From Actinomycetota bacterium (GTDB taxonomy: Bacteria > Actinomycetota > Actinomycetes > Actinomycetales > Microbacteriaceae), in the NCBI GenBank assembly GCA_051751065.1, contig JBNJKL010000004.1, positions 209,596-273,595 on the forward strand: DNA of 64,000 nt, in the 5' to 3' direction. Below, piece by piece: positions 1 through 8,276 of this stretch. The first letter of the stretch is position 1; every line of letters begins with the position of its first letter. The notes below the pieces were generated by a model, which was given only the letters and a program-made list of their open reading frames with translations, did not search any database and was not told the DNA's origin. Made by a program: the position numbers and the translations under genes.

Positions 1-271
1 CGATGTAGCCGGCGAAATCCCGGCCCACGCGCTCGACGGCACCGGGATAGAGGTCGGGGTACGCCCACGCGTGGTCGGCGTGCGTCTTGCCGTCGACGAC
101 GACCGAGTAGTATTGCGCGGCCCCCTTCCACGGGCACGTGTACTGCGTGGGGGTCTCGACGAGCGCGCCGTCGGCCACGGCGGACGGCGGGAAGTACCAA
201 TTGCCTTCGATCTTGACGAGGTCCTTCTCTTCGGCCTCGGCGATCACGGTTCCTGCGAGTGTTGCCTTCAT
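1..271 (-). CDS. DUF427 domain protein (N-terminal part; the gene runs off the window start)
   Basis: Hand translation from the ATG (complement of 269-271) gives MKATLAGTVIAEAEEKDLVKIEGNWYFPPSAV...CPWKGAAQYYSVVVDGK. I associate the IEGNWYFP and CPWKG..YY signatures with DUF427. A GGGAGGG Shine-Dalgarno sits just upstream. It is absent from the ORF track because it is truncated. Confidence 0.75.
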   Translation of the reverse strand, partial: MKATLAGTVIAEAEEKDLVKIEGNWYFPPSAVADGALVETPTQYTCPWKGAAQYYSVVVDGKTHADHAWAYPDLYPGAVERVGRDFAGYI

Positions 272-344
272 GCTCGTCCCTCCCTGGGGCTCAGTAGTCG
301 AGAGTATTCGACCACACCGACATTGATCCGGGTATGTGCTTGCG

Positions 345-1769
345 TTACGACGACTGTCTGCCGTATGACTCCAGCAGCCGCAACCAGATCTCGCTCACCG
401 TCGGGTACGCGGGAACCGCGTGCCAGAGGCGGGAGAGGGGGACTTCGCCGACCACCGCGATCGTCGCCGCCTGCAGCAGATCCGCGACATCCGGCCCGAC
501 GAAGGTCACCCCGAGGATCACGTCGCGCGCGGTGTCGACGACCATGCGCGCCTGTCCGCTGTAGCCGTCCTGGCGGAGACCGGACCCCGCGACGGCGCCC
601 AGGTCATAGTCGACGACCTGGATGTCGAATCCGGAATCCTCAGCGGCCTGCGCCGTGAGACCGACCGAGGCGACCTCGGGCTCGGAGAAGGTCACCTGGG
701 GCACCGCGGCGTCGTCGGCCGTGGCGACGTGGCGTCCCCACGGCTGGTCCTGCACGTTGCCGTCCTTCGCGCGGGCGGCGATCACGTCGCCCGCCGCGCG
801 CGCCTGGTATTTGCCGTTGTGGGTGAGCAGGACGCGACCGTTCACGTCGCCGACCGCGTAGAGCCAGTCCGTGCCTGGCACGCGGAGCGTGTCGTCCGTG
901 CGGATCCACTTCCCCGGCTCCAGCTCGACGGTCTCGAGACCGATGTCACCGCTGCGAGGGCTGCGTCCCGTCGCGACCAGCACCTCCGACGCGCGGACCT
1001 CCTCGCCGTCTCCGAACGTCACCGTCACGCCCTCGGTATCCCGGTGGACGCGATGGGTCTCGGTGTTCAGGTGCACGGTCACGCCCAGTTCACGCAGTCC
1101 CGCGGTGACGCGCTCGCCCGCGAAGGGCTCCATGGTCGAGAGCAGTCCGCTGCGCGCGATCAGCGTGACGGTCGCACCGAGTTCGGCATAGGCGGTCGCC
1201 ATCTCGACGGCGACGACGCCGCCACCGATCACGGCGAGCGAATCCGGGATCTCCTGCGCACTCGTCGCCTCGCGGCTCGTCCAGGGCGCGGACTCGCGCA
1301 GTCCCTCGATCGGAGGGATCACGGCATCCGATCCGGTGCAGATCGCGACCGCGTGCCGCGCGGTGAGCACACGGTCGACGCCCTCGGCGTCCGTCACCGT
1401 CACCTCGCGCACGCCGCTCACGCGGCCGTGTCCGCGGGCGAGTGCGATGCCCGCGCTGTCGAGCCAGGAGACATGGCCGGCGTCGGACCAATCGCTCGTG
1501 AAGGAGTTGCGCCGAGCGAGGACCGCCGCGACGTCCAGGGTGCCGGTGATGGCCTCTGCGGCGCCACCGACGTGCTGTGCCGCGCGGAGTGCCTGGGCCG
1601 AGCGCAGCAGCGCCTTCGACGGCATGCACGCCCAGTAGGAGCACTCCCCGCCGATGAGCTCGCTCTCGACGACGATGGCGGTCAGACCGCCCTGCACCGC
1701 CCGGTCAGCCACGTTCTCTCCGACCGGTCCTGCTCCGAGGACGATGAGGCCGTATTCGTCGGTCGTCAT
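345..1769 (-). CDS. FAD/NAD(P)-dependent pyridine nucleotide-disulfide oxidoreductase (dihydrolipoamide dehydrogenase / mycothione reductase-like)
   Basis: 474 aa ORF. N-terminal GxGxxG (LIVLGAGPVGE), a redox-active disulfide motif (GGECSYWACMPSK) and a C-terminal dimerisation region. Confidence 0.9.
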   Translation of the reverse strand: MTTDEYGLIVLGAGPVGENVADRAVQGGLTAIVVESELIGGECSYWACMPSKALLRSAQALRAAQHVGGAAEAITGTLDVAAVLARRNSFTSDWSDAGHVSWLDSAGIALARGHGRVSGVREVTVTDAEGVDRVLTARHAVAICTGSDAVIPPIEGLRESAPWTSREATSAQEIPDSLAVIGGGVVAVEMATAYAELGATVTLIARSGLLSTMEPFAGERVTAGLRELGVTVHLNTETHRVHRDTEGVTVTFGDGEEVRASEVLVATGRSPRSGDIGLETVELEPGKWIRTDDTLRVPGTDWLYAVGDVNGRVLLTHNGKYQARAAGDVIAARAKDGNVQDQPWGRHVATADDAAVPQVTFSEPEVASVGLTAQAAEDSGFDIQVVDYDLGAVAGSGLRQDGYSGQARMVVDTARDVILGVTFVGPDVADLLQAATIAVVGEVPLSRLWHAVPAYPTVSEIWLRLLESYGRQSS

Positions 1770-1914
1770 GTCTGCGTCTCGACTCTCTGGGGCCTCCGCC
1801 CCGCATCCTCCACCCTGCCAGAGCAGAATGCCGGTGGGGTCGGTTCTTCGCGGCCTGTCCTCGACCGCACACAGAGAGTTCGGAGACGTCCGCGAATCGG
1901 ATGGGATCCCCTAC

Positions 1915-2001
1915 GAAGGAGATCCGCGCCTCAGAAGGAGGTTTCCCTGGAATCTGCCCTTCCTTCGCGAGGTTCTCCTGCGCAGCGGTCGTCGCTACCG
2001 C
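1915..2001. repeat. Left copy of an imperfect direct repeat of about 87 nt flanking the MFS-soxR module
   Basis: Hand alignment with 3903-3989 gives about 75 matches over 87 aligned positions with no gaps. The shared core is ttctcctgcgcagcggtcgtcgctac. This copy supplies the last ~24 codons of the MFS ORF. Confidence 0.75.
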
Positions 2002-3370
2002 CGGTCTGTAGTCTGGGCGCCAACACCATGGCCGCGCCGGCGATCACTCCGGCAAGAACGAAGATGATGGCAAAGGGGTCACCGCTGCTCGCCACGGCGG
2101 CGAACACCGTCCCCGTGATCGCGAGCGCCAGAGCGCTTCCGAAGGAGTCCGCGACCGTCATCGCGCCGCTGTTGAATCCCTGGTTCGCCGGGGTGGACAT
2201 CGCGAGAGTCAGCGCACTGGTCCGAGGACTCATCAGCCCCATACCGGTTCCTGCGACGATCCACGCGAGGGCTGCCGCCCATGGCGACCACGACAGCACG
2301 GTCGTCGCGCCCGCGAGCAGGATGCCGGTGAAGACGAGTGCTGTCCCCACCCGCACAGCAGTCACGCTCGACAGACGGACCCCCATCCGGCCCTGCACGG
2401 TCGCGGCGATCGACCATGCCAGCGCACCGCCGGTCAGCGAGACACCCGCAAGTGTGGGCGACAGGGCATATCGCTCGGTCAAGAGGTAGGGCAGATACAC
2501 CTGTGCGCCGAAGAAGGCTGCCGCGGCGAGTCCTCGAACCAGAATGACCGCCGGGAGACCGCGGCGAGCGCGCAGGGTTCCACGCGGCAGGAGTGGCCGC
2601 ACTGCAACGAGGGCGACGACCACCGCCACGATCGCAAGCGCGGGCCCGAAGCCGGGGACGTCACTCAGCAGGTTCAGTCCGAGTACGGCCAGTGCTGCGA
2701 GAACCGACCACCCGAGGCGGCCGAACGCCCACGGCGTCGTGATGTCCCCTCCGTCGTCGGTGAGTGATCGCAGCGCGGGAATAACCATGAGCAGCGCGGT
2801 CAGGACGAGAACGACGACACCGAGGAAGACCCAGTGCCAGCTCCAGAGCTCGGTCACGGCGCCGGCGACCGTCGGGCCGATCAGGGAGGGTACGACCCAC
2901 GCGGCGGCGAATCCGGCGAACATCGCGGGGTGGAGGTCACGGGGATAGACCCGGGCGACGACGACGTACAGTGCCACCGTCAACCCGCCGCTCCCCAGCC
3001 CCTGGGCGAATCGCCCTGCGACGAGAATCTCCATGCTCGGCGCAAGCCCCGCAATGAGCAGGCCGATCACGAAGACGATGACCGCCGCGTACAACGGCCC
3101 CTTCGGACCACGGCGGTCAGCCCAGTTCCCGGCCGCGACCATCCCGATCACGCCGGTCGCGAGTGGGCCCGCGAAGGCGAGCGCATAGAGGCGCTCGCCG
3201 TTCAGATCCTCACTCACGACCGGCATCACCGTGGTCACGGCCAGCGATTCGAATGCGCCGAGGAAGACGAGCGCGCAGGCACCGATCGTGATCCAGAGGT
3301 AGGTACCGCTCATGATGCCCTGTGCAGAACTGTTCGGCGTCCGCACCTCGCCCGTAGCTGTCATGCTCAT
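1931..3370 (-). CDS. MFS transporter (drug:H+ antiporter-like); probable SoxR target
   Basis: 479 aa ORF with many hydrophobic helices and an MFS motif (GNWADRRGPKGPL). It is divergent from soxR, and a SoxR box lies in its promoter. The start may be ATG 3370 or ATG 3364, and the mRNA may be leaderless. Confidence 0.88.
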   Translation of the reverse strand: MSMTATGEVRTPNSSAQGIMSGTYLWITIGACALVFLGAFESLAVTTVMPVVSEDLNGERLYALAFAGPLATGVIGMVAAGNWADRRGPKGPLYAAVIVFVIGLLIAGLAPSMEILVAGRFAQGLGSGGLTVALYVVVARVYPRDLHPAMFAGFAAAWVVPSLIGPTVAGAVTELWSWHWVFLGVVVLVLTALLMVIPALRSLTDDGGDITTPWAFGRLGWSVLAALAVLGLNLLSDVPGFGPALAIVAVVVALVAVRPLLPRGTLRARRGLPAVILVRGLAAAAFFGAQVYLPYLLTERYALSPTLAGVSLTGGALAWSIAATVQGRMGVRLSSVTAVRVGTALVFTGILLAGATTVLSWSPWAAALAWIVAGTGMGLMSPRTSALTLAMSTPANQGFNSGAMTVADSFGSALALAITGTVFAAVASSGDPFAIIFVLAGVIAGAAMVLAPRLQTGGSDDRCAGEPREGRADSRETSF

Positions 3371-3371
3371 G

Positions 3372-3402
3372 ACGGTAAGACCTCAACTAAAGTTGAGGTC
3401 AA
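3372..3402 (-). promoter_or_regulatory. MerR-type promoter with a SoxR operator (CCTCAACTAAAGTTGAGG, 3381-3398) in the spacer
   Basis: The minus strand reads TTGACC, then a 19-nt spacer holding a perfect 8+8 inverted repeat, then TACCGT, then cATG. The palindrome closely resembles the classical SoxR box CCTCAAGTTAACTTGAGG. A long 19-nt spacer is typical of MerR-family promoters. Confidence 0.75.
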
Positions 3403-3418
3403 GTGCAAGGAGGAGCGG

Positions 3419-3904
3419 GTGTCCCAACTGGCCGGCGGCAGGAACCGACAGCTGACGATCGGCGAGCTCTCCAGCCGCAGCGGGGTGAGCGCGTCCGCAC
3501 TGCACTTCTACGAGCGCAATGGCCTGATCAGCGCCGAGCGCACGGCGGGAAACCAGCGCCGGTACCCAAGGCACACCCTGCGACGCGTCGCCTTCATCCG
3601 AGTCTCCCAGCGCGTCGGCATCCCCCTCAAGGACATCCGCGCGGCTCTCGACTCCCTCCCCGAGGGTCGCACGCCGACGAAGCGGGACTGGGCACGTCTG
3701 TCGCAGCGCTGGCGCGCCGAGCTGGATTCGCGTATCCGTCAACTCGAGCATCTGCGCAGCGACCTCGACGGGTGCATCGGCTGTGGCTGCCTGAGTCTGA
3801 GGTCGTGCGCACTTCAGAACTCCGGGGACGTCCTCGGCGCACAGGGAGCCGGCCCGATCCGCTGGTCCGCGCAGAATTCGCCGGAGGTGGAGGACGAACA
3901 GTGA
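3419..3904 (+). CDS. soxR: Redox-sensitive transcriptional activator SoxR (MerR family, [2Fe-2S])
   Basis: GTG start in frame with track ORF 2834-3904. MerR HTH (LTIGELSSRSGVSASALHFYE) and the C-terminal cluster motif CIGCGCLSLRSC (CX2CXCX5C). Confidence 0.9.
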   Translation: MSQLAGGRNRQLTIGELSSRSGVSASALHFYERNGLISAERTAGNQRRYPRHTLRRVAFIRVSQRVGIPLKDIRAALDSLPEGRTPTKRDWARLSQRWRAELDSRIRQLEHLRSDLDGCIGCGCLSLRSCALQNSGDVLGAQGAGPIRWSAQNSPEVEDEQ

Positions 3905-3989
3905 AGGAGATCCTCGCCTCGGAAGGAGGTTCTCCCGGAAACTGTCCTTCATTTGCGCAGTTCTCCTGCGCAGCGGTCGTCGCTACGGC
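3903..3989. repeat. Right copy of the direct repeat of about 87 nt flanking the MFS-soxR module
   Basis: See 1915-2001. This copy is non-coding and lies between the convergent stops of soxR (3904) and the lactonase gene (4000). Confidence 0.75.
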
Positions 3990-3999
3990 AACCGGAGCC

Positions 4000-5100
4000 T
4001 CAGCGCACCGGCAGGAAGTGGGTCGGAGTCGGCGCGGGCGCCTGATGGCGGACACCGAGGGGAGCGCCCGTGCGCTCGTCGAGATCCAGCAGGCTGATCG
4101 TGTCGGACCGCTGTCCGGCGACGAGCAACTTGCCCTCGTGCACGAGGTGGTGGCGTGGCCAATCAACACCCGAGTCGGCGAGCGCGACGGACTCGAGGGA
4201 CGCGCCGCCATCGCGCACCCTCAGCGCTGCGATCGTGTTGCTTCCGCGCAACGCGGTGTAGAGGAATGCGCCGTCACCGGTGCGGGCCAGTTCGGCCGGG
4301 AAGTCGAACCCGACCTGCGCGATGGGTGCCGCCAGCGTCGCCGAGACGACACTGAACTGCCCCTCGCGCGACGCCTCGAGTGTGAACACCTCGCACGAGT
4401 ACTCCGTCACGACATGCAGGTGGCCGCTGGGGTGCGCCACCATGTGCCGAGGCCCGGTGCCCTGCGGCAACACGACCTCATGGTCGAGAGCGAGGCCGCT
4501 CCCGGATGGGTGCCAGATTCGCACCAGATCGAAGCCCAGGTCGGTGGTGGCGACGCGGCCATCCCGCAGGAACACGGCAGCATGAGCATGCGGTCGACGA
4601 TCCATGCCGCTCTCGGCATACGGATCGGATGCGGCCTGACCTGTGCCCACGGGCGCGAAGTCGTCCGGAGCAGGCTCGCCGAAGAGTGCCGCCCGCAGAG
4701 CAGCGGCCCGGTTGTCCGCGTCGGGCATCAAGCGCCCGTCGGAATCCACCCCGACGCGGACGACACGGCCGTCGCCGTAGCAACTGGCGATCAGCGAAGA
4801 ACCGCTCGGGGAGACGGCGACGTGGCATACGTTCTGGCCGACGGGCACCGGGTCCCCGAGCGGCGACAGGGAAGAATCTCCCGTGCGCAGGAACGCCTGT
4901 ACCGCAGAGTCTCCCTCGAGCGCCGCGTAGATGACGTCGAGCGTGGGGTGCTGCGCCAGCCACGACGGCGACGGGGTCTTCACGATCACGCCACGGTAGG
5001 AGAGCTTGGTCTCACTCCCCTCGTCGCCGGCCAGCATGCCGATGCCGTCGGCTGCACCCTCCATGCCTGCGCCGTAGCCACCGAGCCAGAACCGAGTCAT
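4000..5100 (-). CDS. Lactonase family protein (7-bladed beta-propeller, 6-phosphogluconolactonase-like)
   Basis: I shortened track ORF 4000-5373 to the internal ATG at 5100 (MTRFWLGGYG...), which abuts the purA stop. Repeated propeller-like blades are present (HVAVSPSG, RHMVAHPSG, LYTALRGSN). Confidence 0.7.
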   Translation of the reverse strand: MTRFWLGGYGAGMEGAADGIGMLAGDEGSETKLSYRGVIVKTPSPSWLAQHPTLDVIYAALEGDSAVQAFLRTGDSSLSPLGDPVPVGQNVCHVAVSPSGSSLIASCYGDGRVVRVGVDSDGRLMPDADNRAAALRAALFGEPAPDDFAPVGTGQAASDPYAESGMDRRPHAHAAVFLRDGRVATTDLGFDLVRIWHPSGSGLALDHEVVLPQGTGPRHMVAHPSGHLHVVTEYSCEVFTLEASREGQFSVVSATLAAPIAQVGFDFPAELARTGDGAFLYTALRGSNTIAALRVRDGGASLESVALADSGVDWPRHHLVHEGKLLVAGQRSDTISLLDLDERTGAPLGVRHQAPAPTPTHFLPVR

Positions 5101-5111
5101 GCGCGCGGTGC

Positions 5112-6398
5112 TCAGTCGATGAGGTCGTGGCGGACGATCACCGCGTCGCGCGCGGGGCCGACACCGATCACCGAGATGCGGGTGTTCGACATCTCCTCGA
5201 GCGCGAGGACGTAGTCCTGCGCGTTCTTGGGCAGCTCCTCGAACGAGCGCGCGACGGAGATGTCCTCCTGCCAGCCCGGGAAGTACTCGAGGATCGGGGT
5301 GGCGTGGTGGAAGTCGGTCTGGTTGACCGGCACCTCGTCGAAGCGCTCTCCGTCGACGTCGTACGCGACGCACACGGGGATCTCGTCGAGGCCCGTGAGG
5401 ATGTCGAGCTTGGTGAGCACCAGGTCGGTGATGCCGTTGATCCGCGTCGCGTACCGCGTGATGGGCGCGTCGTACCAGCCGACGCGACGCGAGCGGCCCG
5501 TCGTGGTGCCGAACTCGAATCCGCGCTTGCGCAGCCAGTCGCCCTTCTCGTCGAACAGCTCGGTGGGGAAGGGACCCGAGCCCACGCGCGTCGTGTACGC
5601 CTTGACGATGCCGACGATGCGGTCGAGGGACCCGGGGCCCACGCCCGATCCGGTCGCCGCTCCTCCGGCCGTGGCCGACGAGGAGGTCACGAACGGGTAG
5701 GTGCCGTGGTCGACGTCGAGCATGGTGGCCTGGCCGCCCTCGAAGACGACGACCTCATCGCGCTCCAGCGCCTCGGCGATCAGGTGGCCGGTGTCGGCCA
5801 CCATCGGACGCAGCCGCTCGGCGTAGGCGAGCAGGTCTTCCACGATCTCGTCGCACGTGATCGCGCGGCGGTTGAACACCTTCACCAGCAGGTGGTTCTT
5901 CTGGTCGAGGGCTCCCTCGACCTTCTGGCGCAGGATGTTCTCGTCGAAGAGATCCTGCACGCGGATGCCGACGCGGTTGATCTTGTCGGCGTAGGCGGGG
6001 CCGATCCCGCGGCCGGTCGTGCCGATCTGGCGCTTGCCGAGGAAGCGCTCGGTGACCTTGTCGAGCGTGCGGTGGTAGTGCGTGATGATGTGCGCGTTGG
6101 CGCTCACGCGCAGGCGCGACACGTCGATCCCGCGGGCGGAGAGCGCCTCGAGCTCGCTGAAGAGCACCTCGAGGTCGATCACGACGCCGTTGCCGATGAT
6201 CGGGTGGACGCCCGGGGAGAGGATGCCGGAGGGCAGCAGGTGCAGGGCGTACTTCTCGTCTCCGATGACGACCGTGTGCCCGGCGTTGTTGCCGCCGTTG
6301 AACTTCACGACCCAGTCGGTGCGCTCACCGAGCAGATCGGTGGCCTTGCCTTTACCCTCGTCGCCCCACTGCACGCCGACGATCACGATTCCTGGCAC
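5112..6398 (-). CDS. purA: Adenylosuccinate synthase
   Basis: 428 aa with canonical N-terminus [12 protein letters not shown], plus GGNNAGHT and TTGRGIGP motifs. Confidence 0.97.
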   Translation of the reverse strand: MPGIVIVGVQWGDEGKGKATDLLGERTDWVVKFNGGNNAGHTVVIGDEKYALHLLPSGILSPGVHPIIGNGVVIDLEVLFSELEALSARGIDVSRLRVSANAHIITHYHRTLDKVTERFLGKRQIGTTGRGIGPAYADKINRVGIRVQDLFDENILRQKVEGALDQKNHLLVKVFNRRAITCDEIVEDLLAYAERLRPMVADTGHLIAEALERDEVVVFEGGQATMLDVDHGTYPFVTSSSATAGGAATGSGVGPGSLDRIVGIVKAYTTRVGSGPFPTELFDEKGDWLRKRGFEFGTTTGRSRRVGWYDAPITRYATRINGITDLVLTKLDILTGLDEIPVCVAYDVDGERFDEVPVNQTDFHHATPILEYFPGWQEDISVARSFEELPKNAQDYVLALEEMSNTRISVIGVGPARDAVIVRHDLID

Positions 6399-6485
6399 GG
6401 ATAACCCCCTGGGTTGCTGCCGAGTAGATGGCCCGAACGGGCACCCCCATCCTACCGATCCGCCCCGACACCGCCGAGAGAGCGC

Positions 6486-7097
6486 TCAGACGCCCACTCG
6501 TTCGACGGGTTGGCGCAGGATCGTGCGGAGCTTCTCGGGGGCGGTGCGGCGAGGATCACCGAGGTAGATCTCGTGATGCTTCCCGGTCATCCGCAGCGCC
6601 TCGTCGGGGATGAACCGCTCGTGCATCGCGGCGAGCACGGGCGCCTCGTCGTCGTAGGAGCCGACGTGGAGTGTCTGCACGCACAGCCCCTCGTCGAATC
6701 GTTCGAGACGCACACGCGCGAGCGCGGGCCCCGCGTCGGCCTCGGCACGGACGCGGTCGAGGTGCTCGGAGGTGATCTCGGGCGGAACCATGATCATCAT
6801 CGTCCAGTCCCACTGCGTCTTGTCCCGTCCGCTCGTGAAGGACGCCATGTCATCGGCCCACCACAGCCCCTCCAGCGGCATGACGACGTGGTCGCGGTCG
6901 AGCTCCCGCTTGCTCAGGAACTTGAGCTTGTACGCCAGCGGATACAGCGCCGCCACCGACTCCGTATAGAGAGGAGAGTCGTTCGGGTCACCGTGACCGT
7001 CGATCATCAGGAACTGCAGACTCGGGACCTCGACGATCTGGAAGCGACCGCGCGGTGCCCTGTAGGCGGCGATCTCCTTCTTGAAGTCGGTCTTCAT
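6486..7097 (-). CDS. GyrI-like small-molecule-binding domain protein
   Basis: Start moved to ATG 7097 (MKTDFKKEIAAYRAP...). The sequence resembles GyrI-like/SOUL-type effector-binding proteins (LMIDGHGDPN, EGLWW). Confidence 0.75.
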   Translation of the reverse strand: MKTDFKKEIAAYRAPRGRFQIVEVPSLQFLMIDGHGDPNDSPLYTESVAALYPLAYKLKFLSKRELDRDHVVMPLEGLWWADDMASFTSGRDKTQWDWTMMIMVPPEITSEHLDRVRAEADAGPALARVRLERFDEGLCVQTLHVGSYDDEAPVLAAMHERFIPDEALRMTGKHHEIYLGDPRRTAPEKLRTILRQPVERVGV

Positions 7098-7175
7098 GGG
7101 TCGCCTCCTCGCGACGGGATCCGGAGCAGGAAGTCTACGCAGCGCGCGCACGGTCCACTGCGTCACGGCGCCGAT

Positions 7176-7214
7176 CCGTGAGGGGACGCTCTCCCCTCTG
7201 AGGTCCCCTCACGG
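7176..7214 (-). terminator. GC-rich hairpin downstream of the two-component operon (12-bp perfect stem, no U-tract)
   Basis: ccgtgaggggac - 15-nt loop - gtcccctcacgg. A second hairpin lies at 7263-7287 (gtgatcgct/agcgatcac). Confidence 0.35.
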
Positions 7215-7376
7215 CGAGGAGACGCCGTTGCCTCCCCTGGCACGCTCCGAGGAGCACTGCCCGTGATCGCTCCCCACAAGCGATCACCGACGCACCGGCA
7301 GCGGTCCCTCCGGCCCTCTCACCTTCGCGTCCCGTGCATTCTCCCGAATCCTGGGACGCCGCGCGGGACACGGGGC

Positions 7377-8276
7377 TCATCCGGCCTCTGTCCGACGCGA
7401 TCTGTCCGCTTCTCGTCGCGATACCGGCCGCGTCGCCTCGACCTCGCGTGCCGCGCGCCAACGCGCCGGGGACACCCCGTGGACATCCTGGAACGCGCGG
7501 CGCATCGTGCGCAGCGAACCGAAGCCGCAGCGCCGCGAGATCTCGGTCATCGTGAGTCGTTCCGCGCCGAGCATGAGCATGCCGGACATGCCCACTCGGT
7601 GGTCGCGGACCGCGTCCTGCACTGATCGGCCGACGCGGGCATATGCGCGCTGGAGCTGCCGGACCGAGACGTGCATCGCTTCGGCGAGGGAATGCGGTGT
7701 CACGTCGGGGGCATGTCCGTGCTCGGCGATCCGGAGATCGCAGCGCTCGCGCAGCGCGTCCAGCGGGTGCCCGGCGCGGATGTCGCATCGGGTCGGGTCA
7801 TCCGGATCATCGGAAGACGGGCCGACGTCGGCGAACCGGCTGTGGATGACCCCGTCGATCTCGGCCTGACCGCTGAAGCTCTCCCGCGCAGCGAGCTCGT
7901 CGCGCACCCGAGCCACCGACTGCAACCGCGATCGGAGTTCACGCACGGAGAACGGCTTGATCAGGTAGTGCGCCACCCCCAGCATCCGCATCTCGGCCAC
8001 GCTGCGGGCGCGGCGATCCGCAGTGACGGCGATCACGTCGATGTCGTCACCGAGATGCGCGCGAAGCCGCCGAAGCACATCGATCCCCGAGATTCCCGGA
8101 AGCTGGAGATCGAGCAGCACCACGTCCGCGGGCTCACGCATCATCATCTCGACGGCCGCCTCGCCCGACGACGCGACGCCCCGCACCACGAAGCCGGGCG
8201 TGCCCTGCACGAACATCCGATGCAGCTCCGCCGTCATCGGCTCGTCGTCGACGATCAGCACCCCCCGATCAGTCAT
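7377..8276 (-). CDS. Response regulator with an AraC-type HTH output domain
   Basis: Start at ATG 8276 (MTDRGVLIVDDEPMTAEL...). Receiver motifs are present (DD, LLDLQLPG, LIKPF). The C-terminal AraC HTH includes TMTEISRRCGFGSLRTMRRAFQ. The start overlaps the kinase stop (ATGACTGA). Confidence 0.85.
   Translation of the reverse strand: MTDRGVLIVDDEPMTAELHRMFVQGTPGFVVRGVASSGEAAVEMMMREPADVVLLDLQLPGISGIDVLRRLRAHLGDDIDVIAVTADRRARSVAEMRMLGVAHYLIKPFSVRELRSRLQSVARVRDELAARESFSGQAEIDGVIHSRFADVGPSSDDPDDPTRCDIRAGHPLDALRERCDLRIAEHGHAPDVTPHSLAEAMHVSVRQLQRAYARVGRSVQDAVRDHRVGMSGMLMLGAERLTMTEISRRCGFGSLRTMRRAFQDVHGVSPARWRAAREVEATRPVSRREADRSRRTEAG

Noticed and set aside
420-2489. 689-aa plus-strand ORF, together with similar long shadow ORFs: 3403-5214, 5127-6404, 8023-9498, 15834-17129, 17027-18229, 20738-21721, 24504-25676, 27592-29043, 31024-32886, 34115-35959, 37958-39679 (upstream part), 44275-45201, 45045-46268, 49258-50412, 50972-52675, 52895-54046, 61139-62560.
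   Set aside because: Each lies antisense to, or out of frame with, a gene that has clear family motifs. Their translations are low-complexity R/G/D/H/P-rich, as expected for open frames in >65% GC DNA.
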